A stretch of DNA of 64,000 nucleotides, taken from positions 1-64,000 of the forward strand of contig MCFE01000212.1 of the NCBI GenBank assembly GCA_002104905.1, in the 5' to 3' direction. This DNA is from Basidiobolus meristosporus CBS 931.73. Its lineage: Eukaryota > Fungi > Basidiobolomycota. Under the pieces are notes generated by a model, which was given only the letters and a program-made list of their open reading frames with translations, had not been told where the DNA came from and ran no database searches. Below are positions 12,073 through 24,300 of this stretch, in pieces. Position numbers and translations under genes: made by a program. Positions within the stretch are counted from its first letter, which is position 1. Each line of letters opens with the position of its first letter.

Positions 12073-13452
12073 ATGGAGGCCGGTCTTTCGCAACAGCAGA
12101 TGGGCATTTACGAGGAATCCCAAGGCCCAATCACCGACATGGACAGCATCGAGCTGGACAAGGAAAACATCAAGCCTTCTCGCCGTGGACGCAGCGCGGC
12201 TGCCTTGGCTCAGGTATTCGGGAGCTCTGCCGACGAAAGAGCGCAGGACCTGCAAACCCAGCGGGCCGGCTTTGAGAAGGAGTTAGAAGGCATGAATGAG
12301 CTAGACGATCCTCTGGACGTTTACCATCGCTACGTCAAGTGGACGATCGAAAACTACCCCCAAGGCCACAACCAGCAATCCAACCTTGTCCCCCTGCTAG
12401 AAAGGGCCACCAGGCATTTTCTGGACGATAACAGATACCTCAACGACCCCAGATATCTCCGGATGTGGCTGCTGTATGCTAACCAGGTTCGAGACCCGAA
12501 AGTCATCTTCGCCTTCTTGATTCGCAACAACATCGGCATGGATCTGGCAGCATTCTACCAGGAATACGCGGATCTGCTGGAGAGTCTAAACAGGTATGCG
12601 GTGTATGATTGTTGACATCCCCTCCGCAACGCGCTCATTTCCCAGCAACAGACTAGATCAAGCGGACGAAATCCTCCAGCTCGGGATCAATCGTCGAGCT
12701 CAGCCGCTCGAGAGGCTGCTGAGATATCACAAAGAGTTCCAAAGACGGATGATGGAGCCAGTTGCACAAGAAGCGGACGCCCAGCCCGAGGAGACCCAGG
12801 TGAACAGAAGCATCCTCGGCCACAAAGTATCCAGCACCCGATCGGCGCACCCGAACAGGGGGGGTATTCGCAGCGGTGCACCGCTGGGCCAAAAACCGAA
12901 CAAGAAGATGAGCATCTTCAGTGACACTGATTCGGGAAGATCAGTGGTTCCAGACTCCTCAGCCGCCCCCTGGTCACATTTGGGGACAGACGTATCAAGA
13001 CGGAAAGAGAACATCCGCGAAGCTACTCGGTGGAAAGGGGTCACTCTGGCACAATCCGGCAGATCTAGACCGACACCGGCTGAGAAGTTGGATGTGTTTC
13101 AGGATGAGGTAAGATCGGCTGATTAGTATGGGAAGTTTGTGCACGATGTTGATTTGCGCCCGTTTGACAGGAATCGGAGGCCAACCCTGTCTCGCTGAAC
13201 CCGAGGGCCCTGGCAGAGCAGACTCGGAAGCACAGTGAGGACAGTCTCCTCTTCAGCGACCCACTACGGAACTTCCCCTCCAAAGATGAGCCCCAGCCCA
13301 CTGCCACCACAAGCAAACGGCTGCCACTATCCAAAGGACGGGCCAAAGCGGAGAAGATGGTGGTAGACACCGGCAACGTGTACCAACAAGATAGGGAGTT
13401 CTCGTTGGAGGAGCTTCGGGCTTCGCTGGAGCAGTATCGCTACCATGAATAA
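12073..13452 (+). CDS. MAD3: Spindle-checkpoint protein Mad3/BubR1-like, no kinase domain (419 aa; exons 12073-12593, 12652-13108, 13171-13452)
   Basis: KEN1 (DKENIKPSRRGRS), TPR Mad3_BUB1_I (DDPLDVYHRYVKW…RYLNDPRYLRMW), ABBA-like (MSIFSD), KEN2 (RRKENI), ABBA-like (LDVFQDE), GLEBS (EFSLEELRA), then TAA. Two GT-AG introns give 1260 nt in frame. Confidence 0.88.
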
Positions 13453-13473
13453 CATCAACAATGTACATTACAC

Positions 13474-14648
13474 CTATTCAGTATTTATTGTTGCGCTTAA
13501 TATACAAACAGGATTAAAGCAGCTATTTACAATGAGCGAAGGCTGGATTAATGGCAGTGGGCAGGAGTGGGACAGGGCTGGATTCGTGGCAGGAGTGGGG
13601 CAGGTATCGGGCTTTTCGTCGTAGGGCGGGGGGCTGGGGTACTGGTACGAGGGTGGCGAAGTGGAAAGCTCCCATTGCGTAGGGGTATTCACGGTGATAG
13701 GGAGATCAATGTAAAACCACCATTTGCGTTTCATTTTGTCAATGAGTTTCACCTTGACCATGAGTGCATGACTTAGCTCGATCAACTCCGTATGGCAATC
13801 GGCATGGGCGTCAGGTGGGATTTGGATCATCATGGAATAGTCGAGGTTTTCGTTGGCTCCGTAGATCGGGACCTTTCGTGACTTGTGACACAGTTTCTTG
13901 GTTTCGTAGCAGTCGGGTTGGGTTGAGTAATTGACGACCTGGATGATTGATAGGCTGATTTCGGTCAAGCAAAATATCGCCTTGTTGATCTCTACGAACA
14001 TCTCGAATGCGAGCAACTCGCCTGGCTGATAGTGATGCTTCGCTACACGAGCGTCGTATCTCAAAGAGTTGGCCCATCTCCCGGAGCATGTCACACACGG
14101 CACGTAGTCTGCGAGGGCGGACGATACCCTTTCGATACGGACCGGCTCTGCGACCCGGATGTTTCGCAGTATAGATGGGCGCTCCACCACTGCCTTGAGC
14201 TGGTACTTGATTTCGCTCTTGGCGATGTCCACCGATACCGGTAGGTTGCCGGGAAGCAACAGCTCGAATGGGTATTCGTAAACGCCATCGGGAGTTAGCT
14301 CGTGCAGCTGAGTCTCCTGCTTCAGGAACGTCCATTCGTGGTGAAAGACAAGCGTTTGTTGGTAGCTCTCGGCTGTGATAAAGAAATGCATCAGTCAGTT
14401 GGCAATCACCCATAAAGCCATGAACAAACCCAACCTCTAGGGACCTTGATTCGACTGGTGCCTTCGAACAACAGACTCAGCGACTTGATCTTGATCCGTT
14501 TGGTGGTGGTCACCATCAGGACCCCGCACAACACCCCACCAGCCGACTCCTCTGGAGAACCATTGAGCACGATTGGGTTCTCTCGCAGAATGATTTGGAG
14601 TTGGACACCACTCGCTGACTCGCCAGTAGCAATCGAAGAGAATGTCAT
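13474..14648 (-). CDS. Alpha-arrestin (ART/Rod1-like ubiquitin-ligase adaptor), 370 aa, intron 14373-14434
   Basis: Arrestin_N (GVLCGVL…KIKSLSLLFEG; YEYPFELLLPGNLP.S; YQLKAVVERP), Arrestin_C, PY motifs PPSY and PPPY. Splicing restores the frame. Confidence 0.9.
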
Positions 14649-15016
14649 GGAAGTGCAGACTTGGGTTGAACGCAGCAATCCCATTTCATATATATAGGGG
14701 ATTACTGCCTGTCGATCCAAACCGTCGTAGAATCCACCACCGAGTAACACACGCCCCTATTCTCCAGGATAGCCCCCATCGCATCATTTTTTACGTCGTA
14801 AATGAAACCAGAACAGGATCCCCATAACACGCATCCCTTGGAGTGACGTTTTAGGTTAATCGGTTCTAACGGTTTGACGAGGAGGTTTCCATTGGCTTTC
14901 GGCGGTTACCTTTCCACCGGAGATGTTTATTGCTCAGCGCTATTTACAATGCTGATGAAAGCTGGGTAAGTTTATGCGAGTTTGTGTGTTTGTGTGTTTA
15001 TATGTACATTCTATCT

Positions 15017-15745
15017 TTACTTCCTACTCCACTGCCTGAACGACCGGTACTGCACGACGGCACCAATCACTGCCAACACCGCCATAGATGCCAGCATCGC
15101 GTAGACCCTCCCATTGGTGTGGTAGAACACCTGACCAGCGCCATTCAAAAAGGCGACCAGGTGCTGAGTAAACCCGGTCCCGATGAAGTAATCTATGCCG
15201 ACGATAAGCATGTAGGCCCCAGCCATGGCGGTGCCCACAATCACCACATGCTTTTCAAAGAAGAAGATCCCCACGATCCCCACCACTATCAGAGCAATGA
15301 TGAACATCACCCGCCCCGTGCTGCCAGCAATCAGCATCCCGTCACCGAGGGATAGTATGAACATCCCCAGGGCAAACCCGCCGAGTGCCCCGATGGCCGC
15401 AATGCCCAACTTCCACACACACATAAACAGACACCCGCCGAGGATCCCGGCGACCACTGCGACCACCAGGTAGATGGTCGACTTGGTGCCCGTGTTGGGA
15501 TCGGAGATTTTGTAACACGTCACATAGGCCAGAAAGCCCACCGCCACAAACCCGGCCAGGAAGATGACGGTCTTGAAGAAACGATGCCCGAAGAAACAGA
15601 AGAAGAACCCGACCACGATCATGACGATGGCGATGACCGAGGTTTGCGGGGTGATGGCATAGTCACCGACTTTGCTTTGGGCGGCCACTGCGTTAGCGTA
15701 AAGCAAGGCCAATCCCAGGGTTAGCAAGGACGAGGGTTGTCTCAT
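15017..15745 (-). CDS. DUF4203 / TMEM198-like multi-pass membrane protein, paralogue A (242 aa)
   Basis: Signal-peptide-like N-terminus, then the DUF4203 pattern (GFFFCFFGHRFFK.VIFLAGF; GGFALGMFIL; IVGTAMAGAYMLIVGIDYF). Confidence 0.85.
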   Translation of the reverse strand: MRQPSSLLTLGLALLYANAVAAQSKVGDYAITPQTSVIAIVMIVVGFFFCFFGHRFFKTVIFLAGFVAVGFLAYVTCYKISDPNTGTKSTIYLVVAVVAGILGGCLFMCVWKLGIAAIGALGGFALGMFILSLGDGMLIAGSTGRVMFIIALIVVGIVGIFFFEKHVVIVGTAMAGAYMLIVGIDYFIGTGFTQHLVAFLNGAGQVFYHTNGRVYAMLASMAVLAVIGAVVQYRSFRQWSRK

Positions 15746-15816
15746 GATTACGTTTAGCGAGTTAATTAAAAAAGAAAGTTAGATTAAGGTTGTGGCCAGG
15801 TGAGGGCACCCTGGGT

Positions 15817-15824
15817 TATTTATA
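15817..15824 (-). promoter_or_regulatory. TATA box (TATAAATA) upstream of DUF4203 paralogue A
   Basis: Canonical TATAAATA on the minus strand, ~70 bp upstream of the ATG at 15745. Confidence 0.5.
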
Positions 15825-16131
15825 CGGCACCTGACCCATTTGGGTAGCGACGGTGCAGGGGACCGGCAGAGATTATGTCATGATAAAATCAACAATCGAC
15901 CAAAGAGAAAAGGAAATTCCCGTATTTGTCGGGCCGCCAATCACCAGAGGAACTATTAATAGTGGGCCAAGCATTGGAATTCCCAAGAGATTAAGGTTTC
16001 GACGCGTGATGCAACGGGGTGTGACATCGTTTGGTAGTAATACATCGAGTCGACAGATCCGGTTTTCTTGGCATCTCCAGCACGCGTAGGATTAGTCAAA
16101 TTGATTAAATTGCCAGCTGATTCGAAACCAC

Positions 16132-16139
16132 TATAAATA
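16132..16139 (+). promoter_or_regulatory. TATA box (TATAAATA) upstream of DUF4203 paralogue B
   Basis: Identical TATAAATA ~45 bp upstream of the ATG at 16184. Confidence 0.5.
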
Positions 16140-16183
16140 CCGCCCCCCCCTCGACCAACCCCATCGTAATCCTAACTCCCAAC

Positions 16184-16906
16184 ATGCTCACATCCTCATT
16201 TCTCTACCTCCTGCTAACCCTGCTGTTCTCCAACTCGGTGTTGGCCCAGTCGGCCGTTGACCACGCCATAACCCCCCAAACCTCGATCATCGCCATCGTC
16301 ATGATCATTGTCGGCTTTTTCTTTTGCTTCTTCGGACACCGGTTTTTCAAGGTGATCATATTCCTGGCTGGATTCGTGGTGGTTGGCTTCATCGCCTATG
16401 TCATCTGCTACGAGATCTCCCGACCCGACACCAGCACCAAATCCACCATTTACCTGGTGGTGGCCATCGTGGCCGGTATTGTTGGTGGCTGTCTGTTCAT
16501 GTGCATCTGGAAGCTGGGAATCGCCGCCATCGGCGCCTTGGGCGGCTTCGCCCTGGCCATGTTCATCCTCTCCTTCGGTAACAACATGCTCATCTCCAGC
16601 AAAACCGGCGGCATCATCTTCGTGATCGTGTTCGTGGTCGTCGGAATCATCGCCATCTTCTTCTTGGAGAAGCACGTGGTCATCATCGCAACCGCCATCG
16701 CGGGTGCCTACATGTTCATCGTTGGCATCGACTACTTCATCCGCACCGGATTCACCGAGCACCTGATCGCCTTCCTCAACGGCTACGACAGATCGTTCTA
16801 CCACACGAACGGGAAGATTTACGCCATGCTGGCCTCTCTCGCCGTGATGGCCTTGATCGGCATCGTCGTCCAATACAAGTCCTTCAGACCATGGAGCAAG
16901 AAATAA
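16184..16906 (+). CDS. DUF4203 / TMEM198-like multi-pass membrane protein, paralogue B (240 aa)
   Basis: Aligns end to end with paralogue A (about 70% aa identity by eye, e.g. KLGIAAIGALGGFAL). Confidence 0.85.
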   Translation: MLTSSFLYLLLTLLFSNSVLAQSAVDHAITPQTSIIAIVMIIVGFFFCFFGHRFFKVIIFLAGFVVVGFIAYVICYEISRPDTSTKSTIYLVVAIVAGIVGGCLFMCIWKLGIAAIGALGGFALAMFILSFGNNMLISSKTGGIIFVIVFVVVGIIAIFFLEKHVVIIATAIAGAYMFIVGIDYFIRTGFTEHLIAFLNGYDRSFYHTNGKIYAMLASLAVMALIGIVVQYKSFRPWSKK

Positions 16907-17051
16907 TACGTCTAAATACGCATATGCATCGCATGTAAATTTTGTATTCTAATCCTTTAGTGGCTGTAAAATCAATAAAATGAAATCTAAAAGAAAATAT
17001 TGGAAGAATGAATGAAATGTGTGTATTGTGATGGGTTGGTTGGGTGGGTGC

Positions 17052-18079
17052 TTATTGGTTGGCAGATTGCTTGGTGATGCCGTTGGACTCGAAGAAGTTG
17101 TGGAAGATGGGGATCAATTGTTGGGCAACAGTGAAACTGAAAATGAGCTTGGGACCAACAACTAGGATCTTGGGGGTCAATCCCTTGAAGAAGGCGCCCA
17201 TACCCTCGTTCTTCACCATGTTCTTGATGATGCTGACTCCACTCTCGGGGGCATCGAATGGCTTGTTCTGGATTCTGGTCTTGACGACATCCAAGGGGGC
17301 GGCCACGGTGATACTGGCCACGGCACCACCAATGGAGGAGCAGAAGTTTTGGAAGAAGGTGGCCTTGGAGTAATCCTCAAGGGCGAACATGTATTCCTTC
17401 ACAAAGGCAGCACCACCGAAGAGGGCGAAGGATCCGGGGGCGTTACGTGCGGCAGTCCACATACCACCACGGTACAAGCCAAGGCCTTCATCCCACATGA
17501 TCTTGAAGAATCCACGGTTCTTAAGGGATTCAGGGTTGGTTTGCATCTTGATCTTCAAGACATCCAGGGGCAAAAGAGCGACCTCACCAATACCAACCAA
17601 AGAACCGGCAGTGGCGTGCATCATGGTCTTGCCATTCTTCTCACCAAAGAGACGGGTGAATCCGTCACGATGGTGGGTGTTGAGGTAGTCCTTGACGAAT
17701 GGTTGACCACCGAACTTGTATACACGCTGCATGATCTTGTAGCCAGCGGCAAAGCCAAGACCCGGGAAAAGAGACATGTACTTGCGTAAAGCGCCAGCAT
17801 TGTGGGCATCCTTGAAGATAACAGCCGAGAGGTTGTGCATGCCTTGGGAAATTGGGGCACCAGGGACGAAGACCTAAAAGTAAAGCGTTACTACCTATGC
17901 AACACCAGCAATGGCATGGTGGAAGAGCATGAAGGTACCTTTCCAGTGTGGCTCATTAATCTCTTGGCAATGGTATCAATAGGATGGAAGCCAAGAAGCT
18001 CAAGAAGACCAGAGGTTCCTGAGCCGCATACGCGGGCGAGTCCCGATTCGCGGTTGTTACCAGTAGCGTGTACACCCAT
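17052..18079 (-). CDS. GGC1: Mitochondrial GTP/GDP carrier (320 aa; intron 17874-17938)
   Basis: SGLAR…FHPIDTIAKRLMS, LFPGLGFAAGYK..QRVYKFGGQPF, LLPLDVLKIK.QTNPES, TAARNAPGSFALFGG, FFKGLTPK. These are Ggc1/Yhm1-diagnostic. Confidence 0.93.
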
Positions 18080-18667
18080 ATTATTCAGAAACTAAAGGAT
18101 TGATATGCAACTGCCAGAGAAGGAAGCGTTAACCCAAAAGCAACGAAGGGTCACTTAGTTTATATCCATCAACCGGAAGTAAAATTTTTTCAACAATATT
18201 GCCAGTACTAGCATTGATTTTGACTTTTGAGGGTTGTCCAATCAGCAAACTGCCTGAAACCAGATCAATAACTCTAACAATAGGATCGATAGTGATGTGA
18301 AGTCGGCATACAGACAAGCCCACCAATCCCCTAGCACCCGTACCCGTCGTAGGTGACACCCAAGACGGTTGTCAACATATCGAACCCAGTCATTTCGGAG
18401 CGGCATGTGTTTCATGTGTCCGAAGATCCCCGGGCGGAGATTCCCTCACAATGCACCTCCTGCAACCAGCACTTTCCCAAATGAAATCGGCACGTGAATT
18501 CGATCTCCACACCACTGGGCAAGCAGGGCGGTGGAAATGGAGGAATTATTACTGGTTGGGCCAGTGGTGGCCAGTGGTGGAATTTACTCTAACGATAAGG
18601 AATTCAACATGATCTTTGTGTGTGGTTTATTTACGTAGGTAAAACGTTGACACAGACTGGTTACATC

Positions 18668-19006
18668 TTAGTTGGCCTTCTTACGGAAAGAACAACCTTC
18701 AGTCAAACGAGCACGACCACCGGTAGGTTGGCAGAGAACAGTGGCGCAAGAACCGCACAAGACGACGGTTTGAGCGTGGCTGAAAACAGTGGTAATGTTG
18801 AAACAACCGGGGCACTTAACATCCATGAAGTAAGAGTTGGGGGATTGCACCAATCTCTTGAGCTTGTGGGTGTTCTTTTCGTGTTCGAGGGAGGGGTTGA
18901 GGAGATCTACTGCTAACTGGAATCAAGGAAGGATTAGCAATCTGCATCTGGTGGATATACGGGTGCATCCATCCGATCTTGGTGAGGAAATGGAACTTAC
19001 CACCAT
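18668..19006 (-). CDS. RPS27: 40S ribosomal protein S27/eS27 (84 aa; intron 18917-19000)
   Basis: MV|LAVDLLNP…[22 protein letters not shown]…[15 protein letters not shown]…[19 protein letters not shown] donor. Confidence 0.97.
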
Positions 19007-19861
19007 GTTGAACGGTTGAAAATGTGGCCGCGTGAAGCAAGCAAAAAGGAAGGTCTCTCTTACCCATCAGAAAGTTTTATAAATTGCCTGGCTAGATTCG
19101 TTTTCTCAGGGGGCGGTGATTGGGTCGAGGGATTTTTTTCTTTCTTGAGTCATGTTCAGTAAAATCGTCCGTTTATCCACAAAGTTAATCGCCCAATGAC
19201 CATCTTGATTAGTTGCTGGAGTCCACCATGCTGGATAGCCAAGGTTACCCTGAGGCTCGTGAAATCGAGCCGCCATTGGCTGTGTTCGAAAGAAACATGA
19301 TTCCGCGAATGTTTCTTTTTTCCTGGATGCAATTATTTCAGATACTTACACACGTTCTTGGCTTTGTAATCAGCTATACTATATACTTCCACTGATTTAT
19401 ACGGGCTCCCCTACGCGGTCCAATCATTTTCATCTACATTGAAGATGCCCATTTATGTCCAATATAGAAGTATCCCATGGGCTAGGGGTGATTCGATTGG
19501 GGAAAGATTGATCCCCCTAAAATGCGATGCCATTCAAATATACTTGTAACAATTTGTTTCATTCCGCATTATTCCATCCGCTTCTGTTGCTTATCATTGG
19601 CTGGTGGAAGAATGCTATGACAGATCATGATTAAATACTGAATAGAATATCGATTACATTTATGGTGTACTTTCTGGGATGAATGATTATTAAGCTACTA
19701 ATTCGATTCCTTTAAATTGTCCATCTTCCGGCAATGTCTCCTATTTCCTCAATTCTCAACTTCTCTCAGGAGAACATCAACGAAAACCTCGTTCACTTTC
19801 TGTAATATCAAATTCACATATATCTAGTAACTGCTACTCAACACTCACCTGAGCACTTAGT

Positions 19862-20989
19862 ATGGTGCCAACTCAAAATCAAAACATCCCTTTCGGTTCA
19901 GATTTCACACTTTTTGAGGGCGAGAAATTTGCCAGCAACTTGCGCAGTACCCAACAACATATCAACGACACTTTACAAACCACGAACACTTCAAGCGCCG
20001 AAAACATGGATCAGTTCTATCCAAGCCTGGGTGCGGATTTCACCCTCTTCGATCAGGACATCGAAGTCCCAAAGATGTCTTCTCAAAAAAGCACCGAGCT
20101 CCCTTCGATATCTGAAACGCCTTCCCAGAAAGTTGAACACTCCTTTCCTTCAGTGATCCAAACGCCCCAATTGACTGATATTCCCATAATCTCTCATCCC
20201 CCTTCCAAGGAACCCACCGACACGAACTTCGATTTCATGACCTCTTTCGCCACGCCGTACACACCATACCAATCGGATTTTTCAAACGACACCTCATTGA
20301 TCAGCCCATACACACCGGTATATCCGGTTCTAGATTTCGTTCCCACCCCTTATATTAGCCAAGTGGAGCAGTTCAACTCTAGTCCTGCTCAATCCACACC
20401 TTTCCTAACGCCGCATATCGATTTTGAAAAGGGGAGCTTCCAAACCACTCCAAGCAATTTTCATCCCACACCAATCTCTAAGCAGCCATCCTTCGATTTC
20501 TCACTCTATTGTAAGGATGGCTCTTTCCATGTTGATGATGAGCCATGCGACAATCGCCAGCCAGTATTGGTGGCACCCTTAGAGGAGGTAGCGTCGTATA
20601 ACAGTGGTGACATTAGCCGATTGGACAGACAGCCAGAGGGAGAGGGCCAAGAGAATATATCGCCAAGCCAATCCTCAGAGAATCCACTGCCAGCTTCTCG
20701 ACCAGTAGCCGCCAAGGAAAAGAAGTACGCCTGTGATGTCTGTGGCATGCGATTTGCACGCAAATTCAATTTGAATGTTCATGCTCGTGGCCACGACCCG
20801 AAGTTGGCTAGACCCTTCTGCTGCACACTATGTACCAAGGCATTTGGAAGAAAGCACGATCTAAGTCGACACATGGCAACGGTTCACAACGGTGAACGTC
20901 CATTTAGCTGTGAAACATGCCACAAGAGTTTTTCACGGAAAGACGGACTTCATCGCCACCTGGTGAAGGGTTGCCCTGGTCAGGCGTAA
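19862..20989 (+). CDS. C2H2 zinc-finger transcription factor (375 aa, three C-terminal fingers)
   Basis: YACDVCGMRFARKFNLNVHARGH, FCCTLCTKAFGRKHDLSRHMATVH, GERPFSCETCHKSFSRKDGLHRH. P/S/T/F-rich activation-like N-terminus. Confidence 0.92.
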   Translation: MVPTQNQNIPFGSDFTLFEGEKFASNLRSTQQHINDTLQTTNTSSAENMDQFYPSLGADFTLFDQDIEVPKMSSQKSTELPSISETPSQKVEHSFPSVIQTPQLTDIPIISHPPSKEPTDTNFDFMTSFATPYTPYQSDFSNDTSLISPYTPVYPVLDFVPTPYISQVEQFNSSPAQSTPFLTPHIDFEKGSFQTTPSNFHPTPISKQPSFDFSLYCKDGSFHVDDEPCDNRQPVLVAPLEEVASYNSGDISRLDRQPEGEGQENISPSQSSENPLPASRPVAAKEKKYACDVCGMRFARKFNLNVHARGHDPKLARPFCCTLCTKAFGRKHDLSRHMATVHNGERPFSCETCHKSFSRKDGLHRHLVKGCPGQA

Positions 20990-21322
20990 ATTCGGTACTG
21001 CATGAGTAGACTGACAAGTAACATAGTATGTATACACCAACCAACTTAATCGAGGGGCCACGCCGGCCGGTCCTCTGTATTTTTTTCCACTTGTGGGGTT
21101 CATTTTTCTTGTTGAGAGTATTCTTTGGTCGGAGAATTAGCGTTCGTAAACATTTGTACATCTTTCAATGCACCATTTTCTTTGTATCTGTAGCTATCCC
21201 ATCACCGTCATAATCGCATCCACATCCACCACCACCACCACCACCGTCCACACACTCCTCCATATTTTGAATGCGGTCCAAGGGCCAAGCAATGGGGTTT
21301 TATTTAAGTAGATTAAGAACAG

Positions 21323-24300
21323 TCAGCGTGAGAGGAATTTTGGGATGTTTTTCAAAAACATTGATGTAATAATAAAGAGAGGTGAAGTGGCCCAGGGATT
21401 TCTGGACGAATTATCGTTGGCAATGAAGGGAGGGGGGTGATCAAGTTGAGGAGATATGTTCAACTTCAAGACGCTGAAGTAAAGAATGGGGAAAATTACA
21501 AACTGGCCATCTACAGAGGTATGTATATACTTTACACGATCAGATTTCGCAGGTCCATCACCGACGAGGACGGTGTGGTGGGGCGGTTTTCCGACGACGG
21601 GGCTGGGGGATGCAGTTCGGCTGGATGCTCTAAGCGCTTCGTTTGGTTCGTTTCCTGACCGTGACCCGTGACCGTGACCCTGACCCTGACCCTGCGCCAA
21701 CCCCGGTCCCGATCCCAGTCCGGATTCGGGTTTGGGGGTAGAGGAGGAGGTGGTGGTGGTATCCTTGGACTCCCTGGACCGGGAATGATCTTTTCCTTTG
21801 TGGCCGTACTTGGATCCGAGCTGCTTCTGCTGTTCGAGTTTCTCGAGCTGCTCCCGCTTCTTTTGCCGCTTCCTCTTGGCGATCATGGAGTCGACCGCCT
21901 TCTCCTCCTTGCTCTTCTTGTAGTTGTACAGGGACTCCGTGGCCGTCAGCTTCTTCTTCTTCGTCCCCTGACTGCGACGTCGGGTTCCGGAGGAGATCGA
22001 GGAGCTGGAGATGGAGGAGTCGGTGTTGCTCGCGGAGAGGTCGTCGTCCTCGGAGGTGGTGATGTCGTCGTAGTCGACCGCCCCGGGCGTAGAGGTGGTT
22101 GTGGCATGCTTTTGGGTGTGGGTGTGGGTGTGGGTGTAGCTACGGTTGTGGGAGGATTTCTTGGCGACTGGCGGGACCAGATCCTCGTCACTGCTGTCAG
22201 TGTCGCTTAGGAAGGAGGGTCCCATCTCGCTAAGGATCTTGTAGACCTTGCTTCGGGGGTCGTATTTCCCGGCGCCGCTCTTTTTCTTCATCGGGGAGGC
22301 GGGCCGCTTGGAATCGTGCGAGCGAGACTCGGTGGTCGTGGCTTTCTTCTGGCCCTGGGATTCTTCTCGGGTGGCTTCCTTGCTCAGTCGCTTGTCCACC
22401 CGTCTCTTGTATAGACTGTACTCACGGCTGATCTCGTAGGAGGTGGTCCATCCGGGCTCAAAGAACATCAATATCTAGTGGAGGGTCAGTTCCCGGGTGT
22501 CATGGGCTCCATCGAAGCGTCTGTACTCACCTTCTGGTAAACTGCTCTGCGTTGGTTCGTCTCCGAGAGCGGCTTGACCGAGTGGCCCTCTAGTTCGCTG
22601 GGTTGAAGTGGGTTGGATCAGTATCGAAGGGGGGGGGGTCGATCACGAGGTCCGCGACTTACAGTAACTCATTCTTGAGATTCGTGATCTCCATTTCGCA
22701 CTTGACTACTTGGTACAGTCCGTGCCTCAAATCCTCGTTCCACCGGAATTTCTTCATTTTGTCTGGTCGTCGAAGAAGTCAGCTTTCTTAGATCCCGTGG
22801 TGGTGGTGGTGGTGGTGGTGGGGCGTGTTGGCCACTTACCTTCGCTGGACAGCAGGCTTCCGTCTTCGGCGGTGGAGTTCGTGGACAGGTCCAGTTTGGA
22901 GTTAGGGGTGAGCGCCTCCTCCGGTTCCCTCTTGACCGTGCTTTCGCTTGGCTGGATAGAGATGGGCGTGAGAAGAGAGTAGTGGATTCGTCTCGGTTTC
23001 CTACAAACCTCGGTGTTGGGCTCTCCGATTACTTCGCCGTCGGCTGAATGGTCGGTTAGAATGGTCGGTTGGAGGGGTGAACGATCTAATGGTGGAATTA
23101 CCCAGTCGCTTTCTCGTCTCTTCGTGCTGGTCCATCATCTGCTTCATCTGGGCTTTCACTTTCTCTCCGAAATCGTCAAAGAGCTCCTCGAACTGGGTCT
23201 CCTGAACCCTCAGCCTCTCCTGGAGCATGATCTTCGTGGACAATTTCTAGGGAATGATCGGTCTGGTCAGCCGATGCCAAGGCCCCGTACACCACCGGGG
23301 TCCACTTACCTTCAAGGTGAACTTGTTGTAGGGTAGGATCGAGGTGAGATGTAGAACCAGGTCATCGTCGGGGGACTTCGCTCCAGTCGCGAGCATATAT
23401 GCGTTGGCTATGCGGGTAAGGACGGGCCTCAACGCGGGTGGGAATTTCGCCTTGTTCTCAAAGCTCTCTGGATTGGGGCCAGTGTAAGTCTCATGCTTCG
23501 CAATGATCCGCTGCCTACTACGCTGCCTACTAACCTTTGGCCGTGGCCTCTCTGAGCTCGGTCATCAACGTCTCGATGGAAGACGGTAGCGGCGGCTGCG
23601 AAAGAAAACGTGCATTAGCGTGACTCAGTGACGGGGTACCGAGTCGGTCATACCAGAGAGCCGGGCTTCTTCTTCTTCTTGTCATGCGAATACTTGTGGT
23701 GCTTGCTGGACTTCTCGTCTTTCTTGCTCTTGGGACGGTCTTCTCTGCTAGATTTATACTCGCCCGACTGTTTCGCTTTCTGGTGGTCGGAGTGCTTCTT
23801 GGAAATCCCTACAGATGCAATCACATGAGTGGACGACGCATTGCGGCCCCGATGATTTGATCGCACACCCACCCGACTTGGTAGGCGTATCCGCAAAGCT
23901 GTCCAACGAGCTGTCGTCGTCTAACCAGGGGCGCTTCTTCGGATCCGCCTCGTTGGGTTGCTTCTTGGGGTTGGCCTTTTCTTTGGGCTGGTTCTCCTTC
24001 CTGGCCGATTCTGTGTCGCTGGTGTTCGTCTTGGCGCCGCTCTTGGCCTTCTTGGATTTCTTGCGAGGGCCGGAGCTCTCGAATGCGTCCGAAGAGTTTC
24101 TACGAGGGTCAAGATAAAATGGTTCAGTAAGTCGCGCTCCACCGAACCCGTAGGGAACACTCCACGTACATGTCGTCGTAGATGCTCTGCATCTCGAGGG
24201 GCCCCTTGTAAACGAAGAATCCGTCCTGCTTTGGTTTCGTCAGGCCCAAGCCGCTGATGAACAACTCGCTGTCGTCGATGAAGGGGTCGTTCACGTCGTA

